From an uncultured archaeon (GTDB lineage: Archaea > Thermoplasmatota > Penumbrarchaeia > JASLWR01): a stretch of 43,910 nucleotides of DNA. Made by a program: the position numbers and the translations under genes. The stretch spans positions 1 through 43,910 of the forward strand of contig CAYFHS010000037.1 of NCBI GenBank assembly GCA_964342815.1. The letters are read 5' to 3'. This document shows positions 1 through 9,730 of this stretch, piece by piece. The notes beneath the pieces were generated by a model. It was not told where the DNA came from and did no database searches. It worked only from the letters and a program-made list of their open reading frames with translations. The stretch's first letter is position 1. The number at the start of each line of letters is the position of its first letter.

Positions 1-321
1 AGGGTGAGGAATTTTCGGCCGCCGTTTTTGGGGATTTTTAAAGCGCCATTGACATCGGCAAACAGGCCATATAAAATCTTTTGAAAAATTTCTATCCGTT
101 TTTTCAGAATAATTGTATAATATTGAAATTTCTAAATTAGAATGGTAAGGGAATAAGTGCATACCACATTTGAAATATCATTAGAACTTTGAAAAAAGGG
201 TCAAACCTTCTCCATCATACTCGCGAAAACTTCAGCACTAACCTTCATCTCGTGATCGCCCAGATGATGATCAACAGAGTAAAACGACGGCGACCGTTCC
301 CGCATGGCACAAGACCGTCCA

Positions 322-1818
322 TCATTCTTCTGTATCCTCTTCTTCCCCCTCTTCTCCGTCTTCTTCTAAATCCTCCTCCTCGCTGATAAATTCCACCTCG
401 TCGATTTCTTCAACCGGACTGGAATCCTCCTCTTCAACTTTTTCATCCTGTTCCTCATCGGCCTCCGCAGGAGTTTCTGGCGCCTCTGCTTCGTCAACCG
501 CCACTTCCTCTACGTCTGTAACTTCTTCTTCAACTTCCGTAACTTCCTCTTCGTCAACTTCAGTGGTTTCCTCTTCCTCTTCTTCATCTGGCGATTCGTC
601 CGGGATTTCCGCCGATATTTCGTTTTCTTCTTCACCTTCCTCCTCTTCAAAGTCTTCCTCGCTTATCTCGAAGGCAAAACTGTCTTCCTCGAAATCCACC
701 CATTCAGTGAAAAATCCCTCTTCATCGCTGGCCCCGAGGGCTTCTGAATCCCATTCTTCCGCGGACGGGGGTGGCGGTGCTGGTGGTTCTTCTTCTTCCA
801 CCGGTGGTTCCTCCTCCCCATCATCCTCATACTCGATTTTTTCATCCCCTTTCGTATCTTCTCCCCCATCTTCCGGTGGCGGGGGAACAAAGGCGAAACT
901 CTCTTCTTCCATGTCAACCCATTCGGTGAAAAATCCATCCTCGTCGGTTGCGCCTACTTCGGTGGACCAATCCTCCTCATCCCCTTCCGGCGGCGCGGGA
1001 AGATCATCTCCTTCCGTAGAATCCTCTTCTTCATACTCGATTCCATCTTCATCTTCCGGCTCGGCGTCCTCGTCTTCGGTCCGTGCGGGTTCCGGCGGAA
1101 CATCACCCTCGTCGTCCGGCAGATCTTCGTACTCAGATATATTTTCACCCTGTGATTCCAGGATTGCAGTACATTCTTTCAGATATTTTTCAGCAGTTGA
1201 ATTTGATCTATTTAATGTCAGCGCCCTGTGGAAACTTCCTGCGGCTTCGCCATAAGTTCCCATGCTTTTCTGTGCCATGCCCAGGCTGAACCAGTATTCG
1301 TCCGAGTCCCCGTTGATATCGATTGACTTCAAATAACAGTCCACCGCTTCATCCATCCGTCCGAATCCCGTGATAAGCGCATTGGCTTTGTTGTACCAAC
1401 CTGCATCATTGGACGGATCCAGCTCGGTAACCTTTTCAAAGGATTCCAGAGCCATCTCCCAGTCATGTACCTTCATTCCCATCTTTCCCCTTCCTAGCCA
1501 CCCTTCAACATAATCGGGATCTATCTTTATTGCCTTGTCAAATGATCTGTGTGCCTCCTCATTCCTGCCTACCGCAAGTAGAGCGATCCCTTTGCTTTTC
1601 CAGATACTTTTTTGGTTGAGATTAACCACGAGAGCCCTATCATAGCATTTCATCGCCTCTTTCGGATCGCCTTTCAAGAGAAATGCCTCTCCCTTCAGTT
1701 CCAGGGCTTCTATATCAATTCCTTCTGAGAGTATTTCTTCAATGATATCGATGGCATCTTCGAATTTTTCAGCGCGAAGAGCCTCTCTTGCATCTTTGAT
1801 GATCTGTTCTTTATCCAA
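322..1818 (-). CDS. TPR-repeat protein with long Asp/Glu-rich C-terminal tail
   Basis: N-terminal ~220 aa shows ~6 TPR-like 34-aa repeats (e.g. EAMKCYDRAL..N, EAHRSFDKAIKIDP, EAVDCYLKSI); the rest is acidic low complexity. TTG start preceded by GGGGA. Confidence 0.85.
   Translation of the reverse strand: MDKEQIIKDAREALRAEKFEDAIDIIEEILSEGIDIEALELKGEAFLLKGDPKEAMKCYDRALVVNLNQKSIWKSKGIALLAVGRNEEAHRSFDKAIKIDPDYVEGWLGRGKMGMKVHDWEMALESFEKVTELDPSNDAGWYNKANALITGFGRMDEAVDCYLKSIDINGDSDEYWFSLGMAQKSMGTYGEAAGSFHRALTLNRSNSTAEKYLKECTAILESQGENISEYEDLPDDEGDVPPEPARTEDEDAEPEDEDGIEYEEEDSTEGDDLPAPPEGDEEDWSTEVGATDEDGFFTEWVDMEEESFAFVPPPPEDGGEDTKGDEKIEYEDDGEEEPPVEEEEPPAPPPPSAEEWDSEALGASDEEGFFTEWVDFEEDSFAFEISEEDFEEEEGEEENEISAEIPDESPDEEEEEETTEVDEEEVTEVEEEVTDVEEVAVDEAEAPETPAEADEEQDEKVEEEDSSPVEEIDEVEFISEEEDLEEDGEEGEEEDTEE
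671..954 (-). repeat. Two ~65-bp intragenic direct repeats (671-735 and 890-954) encoding GAxDE(D/E)GFFTEWVD(M/F)EE(E/D)SFAF
   Basis: Both copies visible in DNA and protein, 219 bp (73 aa) apart. Confidence 0.85.
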
Positions 1819-1979
1819 TATAATTCCCCATTTTTATATTATTGAAGGTGACTACCCCAATGTTTCGTACGATATTTAGATGTTGTTATTTCGGTATTAT
1901 TCATAGTCGTTCCATATTTGAAAGTTGATATAATCCAATTCAAAGATTTCACAAATATGCATAGGTCGATAATTGATTT

Positions 1980-2870
1980 TCAACTTTCAGTTGTTAATTT
2001 CTTGCGACTAGATTTCTGTATCACAATTCCAAATATTATCAACGCCAGACCGATAATGGTTGTTGTCAAGATCGACTCACCGAGAATGAAATACAAAAGA
2101 AAGAATGAAATGAAAGGTGAGAGATATATCAGATTCCCCACCTTCGCAGTGTTCTCTGCAAGTTGAAGCGCTTTGAGCCATAGAACGAAGGTGATACCCA
2201 TCTCGAATGCTCCCACATATGATACGGCCAATATGCCGCTTATACCTGGATCTGATCCTGAAGAGAATATTAAAACTGCAATAAATGCGAAGACGGAACC
2301 TGCGAGGAAGTTGAGAAAAAGTTTTACCACAACATCCCTTTTGTCCTTTATATTATATATCCAGAACAGAGCCCATACGATAGATGAACCCACTGCCAGA
2401 CCGAATCCCAATGGATTGCCGAAGCTGATGAACTGACCCCTTGTACCGATTATCAACGCTCCGATGAAACTTATGAACACGGCTATTATATCCCTGGCAT
2501 TTATTTTCTGTTTCAGTATCGGGATGGACAATAACACAAGAGCAAGCGGCCAGACGTAATTGAGAGTCTGAGCTTCTTGAGCTAGCAGTATGTCGTAAGC
2601 CTTGAAAAGAATCACATAGTACAGAAAGGGATTCAGAAAGCCAAGGGCCGCGGAACGAATGTAAGCATTTCGGGAGTATCCTGAGAAAAGGTGTGTTTTC
2701 TTTTGAACCAGAAGAATTAAAAAAAGTACTATTGTTGAAACCACCGAAGAATAGAACAACAGTTGAAGATGATCTACATGTCTTAGCGATATTTTGAATG
2801 CTGTTGCCACAGTAGACCAGAACAGCACCGCTGTGATAGCGAAAATAGTTGCCCGGCTCTGTCCCTTCAT
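1980..2870 (-). CDS. DMT/EamA family transporter
   Basis: 296 aa, ~10 hydrophobic segments in two EamA-like halves (FWSTVATAFK; LNYVWP; GNLIYLSPF). Confidence 0.9.
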   Translation of the reverse strand: MKGQSRATIFAITAVLFWSTVATAFKISLRHVDHLQLLFYSSVVSTIVLFLILLVQKKTHLFSGYSRNAYIRSAALGFLNPFLYYVILFKAYDILLAQEAQTLNYVWPLALVLLSIPILKQKINARDIIAVFISFIGALIIGTRGQFISFGNPLGFGLAVGSSIVWALFWIYNIKDKRDVVVKLFLNFLAGSVFAFIAVLIFSSGSDPGISGILAVSYVGAFEMGITFVLWLKALQLAENTAKVGNLIYLSPFISFFLLYFILGESILTTTIIGLALIIFGIVIQKSSRKKLTTES

Positions 2871-2915
2871 ATCCGTGGATTGGCGGTCGACTAATATAAA
2901 TCCACCGCGGCAATT

Positions 2916-4589
2916 TTATTTTTTTTCGGTAGAGACCCAGCTTGGTCTTATTCCGTCGGGAGCCGCTTTCATGTATATTCTATATTCAATTTCCGGAAAA
3001 TTCAGGTTCTGGGGCAGCCGGTCCCAAAGTCTCGCTTCGCTTATTTCGTTTGCGTCGAATTCGTCCATTTTTTCTCTCACTCTACCATAAAAGACCTTTC
3101 CGTGTTCCGCGTCCATACCCGATAATATTTCTATATGATACCCGGTCTCCTCCAGAAACTCGCGACGGGCTGCTTCCCCGTACCCCTCTCCTTTAAGAGC
3201 ATGTCCTCCCGGCATCTCCCAACCGCCTCTTTTTATATTTTTTACCATCATTACCTTGTCATCGCGGAATCCGAAGACCCACACTGTCCTCTGCTTTCTT
3301 ACCAATTTCCCGTTGAACACCACGGGCTTACCTTTTTTAATCACGTGCAGTACGTGGTTGACACCAAAATGATATGGGATCTTTCGGTAGTCATCAACGT
3401 CATGTATGACGACGTCGGCCTGTTTCCCCACCTCCAGCGAACCGACCTTATGCTCCATATCGATACCATAAGCTGCATTTATGGTTGCCGCGCTGATGGC
3501 AGCCGCCGGCGTCATCCTCATATTGAAACAGGCTAGAGAAATAATATTTTGGATGTTTTCCGTCATGCAGTTAGGATTGAGATCGCTTGCGAGAGCCACC
3601 ACTGCATCGGCTTCGATAAATTTTTTGGAATCGGGATAATGAAAATCCATCAGCGTAAAAGGAGTTCCCGGTAGGAAGATACAGCATATCTTTGATGCTC
3701 CCAGTTTTTTTATTTCATCGTCACTAGTCATTACGAGGTGTTCAACCGAAGTGGCTCCCAATTCTAACGCGAGACCGGCCCCGCCAAGGTTCTTTATTTC
3801 GTCGATATGCAGTTTCAATCCCAATCCCATTTCCTTAGCACGCTCGAGGAGCCTCCTTGATTCATCAAGGCCGAAAACGTCTTTCTCCAGGAACACATCA
3901 CAGTATGCTGCCAATTTTTCCCGGACAACATCTGGAAGTATTTCCCGAACCAGATGATCGATATAACCAGAGGGATCCCCCTTGAATTCAGGAGGTATCG
4001 CGTGGGCGCCGAGAAAAGTTGGGACTATATCCATGGGATGAATTTCATTAAGCTTACTTACAGCAGCTAGTGATCTAAGTTCGGTCTCCCGGTCGAGACC
4101 GTACCCGCTTTTGGCCTCTGCAGTAGTGGTGCCGTACAGAAGCATCCGGTCAAGTTTTACCGCTGCGTCTTCCACAAGTTCCTGAATTGAAGCAGAGCGG
4201 GTTCGATTTACGGTGTATAAAATTCCACCACCGCTCTTGAGAATTTCAAGATAACTTTTCCCCTGCAGTTTCAGGTCCAACTCATGCTCCCGTGTACCTG
4301 AAAATATCAAATGAGTGTGAGGATCTACGAATCCCGGAAGAGCGATCCTGCCGTTGCCATCTATTATCTTAGTCGTAGGTCCGATAATGAAGTTATCATC
4401 CAGATCGCTGGTTTTCCCTGTGAATACTATCTTTTTATCGCTAATACCGATCGCACCGTTTTCTATGATGTAAAGTTCATCGAGCTGATCTCCGGTCTTG
4501 TACCGGTGGCCTTCAGCGACCTTGACCAATTGAGCCAGATTAATTATGGCGATATCAAGTTGAGCGTTCTCATTGTTATGGAGCATCAT
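2916..4589 (-). CDS. hutI: Imidazolonepropionase fused to a C-terminal NUDIX hydrolase domain
   Basis: PGFVDPHTHL metal motif, TTAEAKSGYGL, FLGAHAIP, HIDE, SDLNP, GSLEVGKQAD. C-terminal ~125 aa carry a complete Nudix box (GHALKGEGYGEAARREFLEETGY). Start placed at ATG 4589 or 4586 after AGGTG; the ORF track extends to 4628. Confidence 0.9.
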   Translation of the reverse strand: MMLHNNENAQLDIAIINLAQLVKVAEGHRYKTGDQLDELYIIENGAIGISDKKIVFTGKTSDLDDNFIIGPTTKIIDGNGRIALPGFVDPHTHLIFSGTREHELDLKLQGKSYLEILKSGGGILYTVNRTRSASIQELVEDAAVKLDRMLLYGTTTAEAKSGYGLDRETELRSLAAVSKLNEIHPMDIVPTFLGAHAIPPEFKGDPSGYIDHLVREILPDVVREKLAAYCDVFLEKDVFGLDESRRLLERAKEMGLGLKLHIDEIKNLGGAGLALELGATSVEHLVMTSDDEIKKLGASKICCIFLPGTPFTLMDFHYPDSKKFIEADAVVALASDLNPNCMTENIQNIISLACFNMRMTPAAAISAATINAAYGIDMEHKVGSLEVGKQADVVIHDVDDYRKIPYHFGVNHVLHVIKKGKPVVFNGKLVRKQRTVWVFGFRDDKVMMVKNIKRGGWEMPGGHALKGEGYGEAARREFLEETGYHIEILSGMDAEHGKVFYGRVREKMDEFDANEISEARLWDRLPQNLNFPEIEYRIYMKAAPDGIRPSWVSTEKK

Positions 4590-4817
4590 TACACCTTTGT
4601 TTTTATCGTTGTCGTATCCAGGCACCACTTATTCCATTTCTCTTCCGGTCAGTGTTTTTCATCTATTTAATATATGACAAAATATACAAAATATACTTAT
4701 AAATTGACAAATAATAATTCGTTGCCTATTTATCGTGTTTCCGCTGAAAATGCCTGCATTCCATATGTCCTGAATGAAATTAGCGGCGTGAAAGACCATA
4801 ACGGTGAGAGGGATAAT

Positions 4818-7800
4818 ATGAAGAGCCGAATAATGGGATATTCGATACCCGCCGTGATCATTTTGATGCTTCTATTGACAACCATACCTCTAATGATGCT
4901 CATGCCCAACGTACGCGGTACCGTGGAAGTCCGTTATGCGGATAAGAACTTTGCAAACCATCAGAGTGTAGTGCATGATGTGTATTGGGCACCCAACAGT
5001 TCCGACGTGGTATCATGTGGCAATGATGGAAACGCAATAATATGGAATTGGGATACCACCATATCACGAGTTGTACACGATGGTAATTCGGGAAATGTCC
5101 TCTCGGTTGCCTACTCTCACGATGGAACAAAGGTGGTCAGCGGTGACTCGGAAGGTAATGTCAAGATCTGGAATGCCCTCAACGGGGATGGTGTGAGAGG
5201 ATTTGACCATGGGACCGGTGTTGTTTTCGTATATGACGTGGCCTGGTCTCCGAATGCCGAAAGGGTAGTAACCTGCGGAGGCGACAATATTGCCAAGGTC
5301 TGGAATGCGGACACCGGAGTCGAGCTCGCGACTTTCAATGACCATACAAATAAAGTAAACAGTGTTGATTATTCACCCGATGGTAGTAAAGTGGCGACTG
5401 GTGGTGATGACAACAAGATAAGGATATGGAATCCTTCTACTGGGGATCAAATACGCAAGATCGATGGACATCCGTTAAGCGTCAAGGCAGTGTCATGGTC
5501 CCCTGACGGGACCAAGATCGTATCCGGTTCCGAAGACAATTCCGCAAAGATATGGGATGCAACTACCGGGAATGAGATCCTTAAATTCACCGGCCATTCG
5601 GACACAATCCTCGCGATTGATTGGTCGCCAGACAGCTCAAAGGTGGTCTCTGGCTCGGCTGACGGTGCCTTGAAGATATGGGATGCCACCAATGGATACG
5701 AGTACGTGAACTTTTCCGGCCACAACGCGGCTGTAAATTCGGTGGCATGGTCTCCCGATGGTGCAAAGGTCGCAGCAGCCTCGGATGATACCCGGGCTAC
5801 GATATGGCGGTTAATTGCCCCTCCCAGCACACCTCAACTTACAATACCCCAAAAAACTGTTCTCAGGGGCGATACGATAACCATCATGGGCGAAGCAGAG
5901 GCATATTTCACTCCTACCGAGCAATTGACACCATTCTTCGAGGTCAAATTCCACAGCGACAAGAGCTGGACGACTCTTCTCGAACCCACGTTCAAGGATG
6001 GTAAATGGCAGGTGGAATTTACACCGGATTATTCGGGAGACATTGGATATTATCACGTCAGAGTACGTTTTCAGGAATTGAACGGTCTTTACAGCATATG
6101 GACCCAGAGAGACAGCGGCATTGAGGTCAAGAACAATCCCCCTGTTGCCCTGATAACCTCTGCAACTCTTTCCGTTTACCGGGCGCAGCAGGGTTTTTTG
6201 ACCGTTGAAGTGAACGATCACGAAAGCGAATCCTCTGATTTGTCAGTTGCGGCCCAATATTCTAAAAACACACTGAACGAATGGGGAACGAATATTTTTT
6301 CGACGCCTTATTATAATGCCACACGCGATCTTTGGATAAGTAATTTCACATTTCCCGGCTCGGCTTCGGTTGATCATTTCTATGACATGAGGGTCAAGTG
6401 TTCCGATGAGGATGGCGGTCATTCAGCCTGGGATGTGCTGGATACTCCTATAAAGATACTGAATAATCCACCCAAGGTGACCCAACTTTCATTATCTCCC
6501 TCTCGTGTATTTCGTGGAAATACAACGAAATTGTGGATCGATGCCGAGGACCCCGAGAATGGAACTGCCATCGAATTGCCCGTAGTGGAGATAAAGGGTC
6601 CGAATTCAGACTGGATGCCGTTGGAGGTGACCGAGCACACAAAAGGTTCCAATTTCACAGCTAGCTATGTAACAGTTAAAGATAACGAATTGGGTTTCTA
6701 TGATATTCGAGTGAAACTGGAAGACATCGATAACGCCGAGACGAACTGGTTCTATTTTAATAATTCGCTGACGGTGATGAATAATCTGCCTGAAGCCTCT
6801 GGGGATTTCCTGCGCCTCGCTATGTATAACGACAAGCCCGAGCTTTTTGATCTGAGTTCATTCGCATCGGACTTTGAGGATGATCCGGGAAAATTGTTAT
6901 GGGAGATCGTGGACAAATGGGAGATGGTGGATTCGGATACTCCCCTATTCAGCGCAGTGATGAACGATCCCGTCACGCTGAGCATTGAACCCCCCCTGAC
7001 CGGAAAGACCGGCGAAGGGAAAATCAGGTTCAGGATCACGGATAGTGACAAAGGAGTCACCTACAAGGAAATATTTATTGAGGTACGTGACATCTCTGAC
7101 TGCCCATTCATAGGTGTTTCCCTGGTTTCCCCCGCCAACGGCCTCATAATTGGAGAAACATATATTGACCTGCATTGGGATATAAACTACACTAAAGGCG
7201 GCCCAACTTACAGGGTATATCTTGGTGAATTCGAGGATCAGATGGAACTTATCTATGAAAGCGAAGGTGGAAAATCATATCGATATGATGAGATGTATGA
7301 CGAGACAGAGTATTATTGGAAAGTTACTGCTCGGTTGTACGACATACCCCGAACCTTCGAAAGCCCGGTCCGCTCTTTCAAAGTGAACGTGGGTTACGAA
7401 GCTAAGTATGATCTTGATATGAGCCTAAATCAGACTCAGTTTGACAATATGATACCAGGAGACGTTATCACATTGACACTAACTCTCACAAACACCGGTA
7501 ACGTAATTGAAGATGTGGAATTTGAAGTGATGGGCTCTCTGAAAAACCATGTCGAATTTGATAAAGGTATCGTATATGGATTGGACCCTGGTGAGAAAGA
7601 GGAGGTTGTAGTGACGGTAACCTGGCCTTCGCTGGATTCTTCCACTCCTGTTACGCTTGTAATTCGGGCTAAATTTGGCGAATACAGCGAAAAGGAGGAA
7701 AGTGGGAGGGTCACTTTTACTGGAAAGGTCCAGTCTCCCAAAGAATCTTCATCCCGTACTTGGGTCTGGATTGTAGTTATCCTGATACTTATTGTGGGAG

Positions 7801-8147
7801 GTGTGGGTGCATACGTTGTTTTCAGAATTAAAAAGCGAGAGGATGAAGGAAACGCAGCCACCGAACCCACTCAATTCGTGATGCCGCCTCCTGATCCTGG
7901 TTTAATGGGTGGTGGAGCGATCCCCGGACCCCCGGTCCCCCCTGGAGCGCCTCCTCCCCCTCCTTCGATTCAACCGCAGTTGGCTGAAGAAGAAATCGCT
8001 GAACCGGAGTCAAAAGAGTCCGTCAAAGTTCAGGAGAAGATCGTTGAGATCATCCAGCTCCTCAAGGTGTTGGAACAGCACAAAGAAGCTATGGAAGCGG
8101 ACCTGCTCTGTATAGAGGATCCAGCCGAAAGCAGGAGATCACCATGA
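4818..8147 (+). CDS. Secreted WD40 beta-propeller / Ig-like repeat single-pass membrane protein (N-terminal part)
   Basis: ATG 4818 after GAGGG, then a hydrophobic signal peptide. Seven WD40 repeats (SCGNDGNAIIWN ... AASDDTRATIWR), NNPP-initiated Ig/cadherin-like domains, TM helix WVWIVVILILIVGGVGAYVVF, Pro-rich tail. Confidence 0.85.
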   Translation: MKSRIMGYSIPAVIILMLLLTTIPLMMLMPNVRGTVEVRYADKNFANHQSVVHDVYWAPNSSDVVSCGNDGNAIIWNWDTTISRVVHDGNSGNVLSVAYSHDGTKVVSGDSEGNVKIWNALNGDGVRGFDHGTGVVFVYDVAWSPNAERVVTCGGDNIAKVWNADTGVELATFNDHTNKVNSVDYSPDGSKVATGGDDNKIRIWNPSTGDQIRKIDGHPLSVKAVSWSPDGTKIVSGSEDNSAKIWDATTGNEILKFTGHSDTILAIDWSPDSSKVVSGSADGALKIWDATNGYEYVNFSGHNAAVNSVAWSPDGAKVAAASDDTRATIWRLIAPPSTPQLTIPQKTVLRGDTITIMGEAEAYFTPTEQLTPFFEVKFHSDKSWTTLLEPTFKDGKWQVEFTPDYSGDIGYYHVRVRFQELNGLYSIWTQRDSGIEVKNNPPVALITSATLSVYRAQQGFLTVEVNDHESESSDLSVAAQYSKNTLNEWGTNIFSTPYYNATRDLWISNFTFPGSASVDHFYDMRVKCSDEDGGHSAWDVLDTPIKILNNPPKVTQLSLSPSRVFRGNTTKLWIDAEDPENGTAIELPVVEIKGPNSDWMPLEVTEHTKGSNFTASYVTVKDNELGFYDIRVKLEDIDNAETNWFYFNNSLTVMNNLPEASGDFLRLAMYNDKPELFDLSSFASDFEDDPGKLLWEIVDKWEMVDSDTPLFSAVMNDPVTLSIEPPLTGKTGEGKIRFRITDSDKGVTYKEIFIEVRDISDCPFIGVSLVSPANGLIIGETYIDLHWDINYTKGGPTYRVYLGEFEDQMELIYESEGGKSYRYDEMYDETEYYWKVTARLYDIPRTFESPVRSFKVNVGYEAKYDLDMSLNQTQFDNMIPGDVITLTLTLTNTGNVIEDVEFEVMGSLKNHVEFDKGIVYGLDPGEKEEVVVTVTWPSLDSSTPVTLVIRAKFGEYSEKEESGRVTFTGKVQSPKESSSRTWVWIVVILILIVGGVGAYVVFRIKKREDEGNAATEPTQFVMPPPDPGLMGGGAIPGPPVPPGAPPPPPSIQPQLAEEEIAEPESKESVKVQEKIVEIIQLLKVLEQHKEAMEADLLCIEDPAESRRSP

Positions 8148-9625
8148 AGATCGAGGCCATTAAAACTCAGGAGGTCGAGCTCCAGCAACAGGCGGTGATT
8201 CTTGGAGAGAAGGCTCAGAGCTTAGTGAAAGAAAAGGAATTGGATGACATTTTTGGAGACAAAACGGAGCCTGAAACAAAGGCATTACCCGTCAAAACCA
8301 TGCCAATTCCCCCGCAAAAGACGGTTCCGGTAAAAACCATGCCAGTTCCTGAGCAAAAGGCACTTCCCGAAAAGACCGAACCCATAGCGACGGACGAAAC
8401 CGAAACCGGGGAAAAAGAAAAACTCGACGAGGAAGAAACAGTTGTTGAAAAAGAAATCTCACCCCAGGAGAAAGAGAAAATGAACCTAGTAAATCAGCTA
8501 AATGACCTCGATGAAATGCTAGAGAAAGCGAAGGAAAACGGATTGGACATCAGTGCAGTCCAGGTCCTTCGAGATAATATCAGGACTTGCATAGACGAGG
8601 AAAAACTCGAAGAAGCCGAAAAGAGCATAATTGAGGCAAAAAAGGCGCTTCTGGAACTAATGGAAGCCGCACTTCCGGAAACACTACGTGTAAAGATTCT
8701 AGAACTGTCCTCTTCTATAGACAGCGCACGTGGTTACGGGATAAGCGTTGAAGACGAGGCCGAAGCATTGATCGTGATCAAGAATCTAAAGGAAGCGGAA
8801 AAGTACCGTGAAGCCATCAGTTCGATAAAGGGTATTCATACATCCGTTGAAGAGAAATTACTACATTATGAGAGAGAGGTCCGATTGGAAAAGCTCAGCG
8901 AGGCGAGGATAGAGATGGGGACTTTCGAACTTGAGGATCGATCCAATGTGGATGAACTTCGGGCCTATCTGGATTCTGCTAAGGAATCCGTGGAGATCGA
9001 TGATTTCGAGGCTGCCGATAAATTCTTGGAAAAATTCAACGAAGCAAAGCAGGGGGAACCTGAAGCAGTTGCCGCCCCGGTGCCAGAGGCCGCACCGCTG
9101 CCGAAAACCCTTCCCGTACCGCCCGGTTTAGCCGCAGCTGCCACTTACCCGGCCCCCGCAATCGCGCCGAAGAAACGTGTCAGGAGAATACGTCGGAAAC
9201 CAAGTAAGATAGTTAAAAGAAAGGTGAGAAGGGTAAAGGCGAGGCCACCTGCGCAATCGGCAGTCCCGCCCGCAGTGTCCCCACCGGCAGCTTTATCCCC
9301 TGGGGAGGCAGTTCAAGCTCCCTCCATTCCAGTTGCACAAGCTCCCGCGACAACCGCCGAGTCTGCTCAGCAAATTCCTCCTGCTCAAGCGTCACCCGCC
9401 GAGTCTGCTCCGCAAATTCCTCCTGCTCAAGCGGCTTCCGCCGTGGTTGCTCCGCAAGTTCCTCCTGCTCAAGCGGCATCCGCCGTGGTTGCTCCGCAAG
9501 TTCCTCCTGCACAAGCGTCACCCGTCGAGTCTGCTCCGCAAGTTCCTCCAGCTCAGGCCCCAACCACCCAGAGTATACCTCAGTCCGTACCCCCTCAAGA
9601 GGAGCAAGCGGATAACACTCAATAA
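8144..9625 (+). CDS. Helical, basic and Pro/Ala-rich protein; possibly the frameshifted C-terminus of the WD40 protein
   Basis: 493-aa ORF overlapping the upstream stop (ATGA). Helical Glu/Lys-rich repeats, an Arg/Lys patch and a 14-aa tandem repeat. Confidence 0.7.
   Translation: MKIEAIKTQEVELQQQAVILGEKAQSLVKEKELDDIFGDKTEPETKALPVKTMPIPPQKTVPVKTMPVPEQKALPEKTEPIATDETETGEKEKLDEEETVVEKEISPQEKEKMNLVNQLNDLDEMLEKAKENGLDISAVQVLRDNIRTCIDEEKLEEAEKSIIEAKKALLELMEAALPETLRVKILELSSSIDSARGYGISVEDEAEALIVIKNLKEAEKYREAISSIKGIHTSVEEKLLHYEREVRLEKLSEARIEMGTFELEDRSNVDELRAYLDSAKESVEIDDFEAADKFLEKFNEAKQGEPEAVAAPVPEAAPLPKTLPVPPGLAAAATYPAPAIAPKKRVRRIRRKPSKIVKRKVRRVKARPPAQSAVPPAVSPPAALSPGEAVQAPSIPVAQAPATTAESAQQIPPAQASPAESAPQIPPAQAASAVVAPQVPPAQAASAVVAPQVPPAQASPVESAPQVPPAQAPTTQSIPQSVPPQEEQADNTQ
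9377..9559 (+). repeat. 42-bp intragenic tandem repeat, 4 full units plus a partial (PPAQAxxAxxAPQ(I/V))
   Basis: Units start at 9377, 9419, 9461, 9503 and (partial) 9545, each beginning cctcc(t/a)gc. Confidence 0.9.
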
Positions 9626-9730
9626 ACATAAGGTTTTATAATTGGACATTGACGCAACAGAGCTAATACAATTTGGCTAATCGGGTCCTCCTAGGCGAAA
9701 TAATATGTACAATTTCACAAGGTGAGAACG

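Noticed and set aside
563-1255. Ser/Gly-rich 230-aa ORF on the plus strand
   Set aside because: Antisense shadow of the Glu/Asp codons of the TPR tail.
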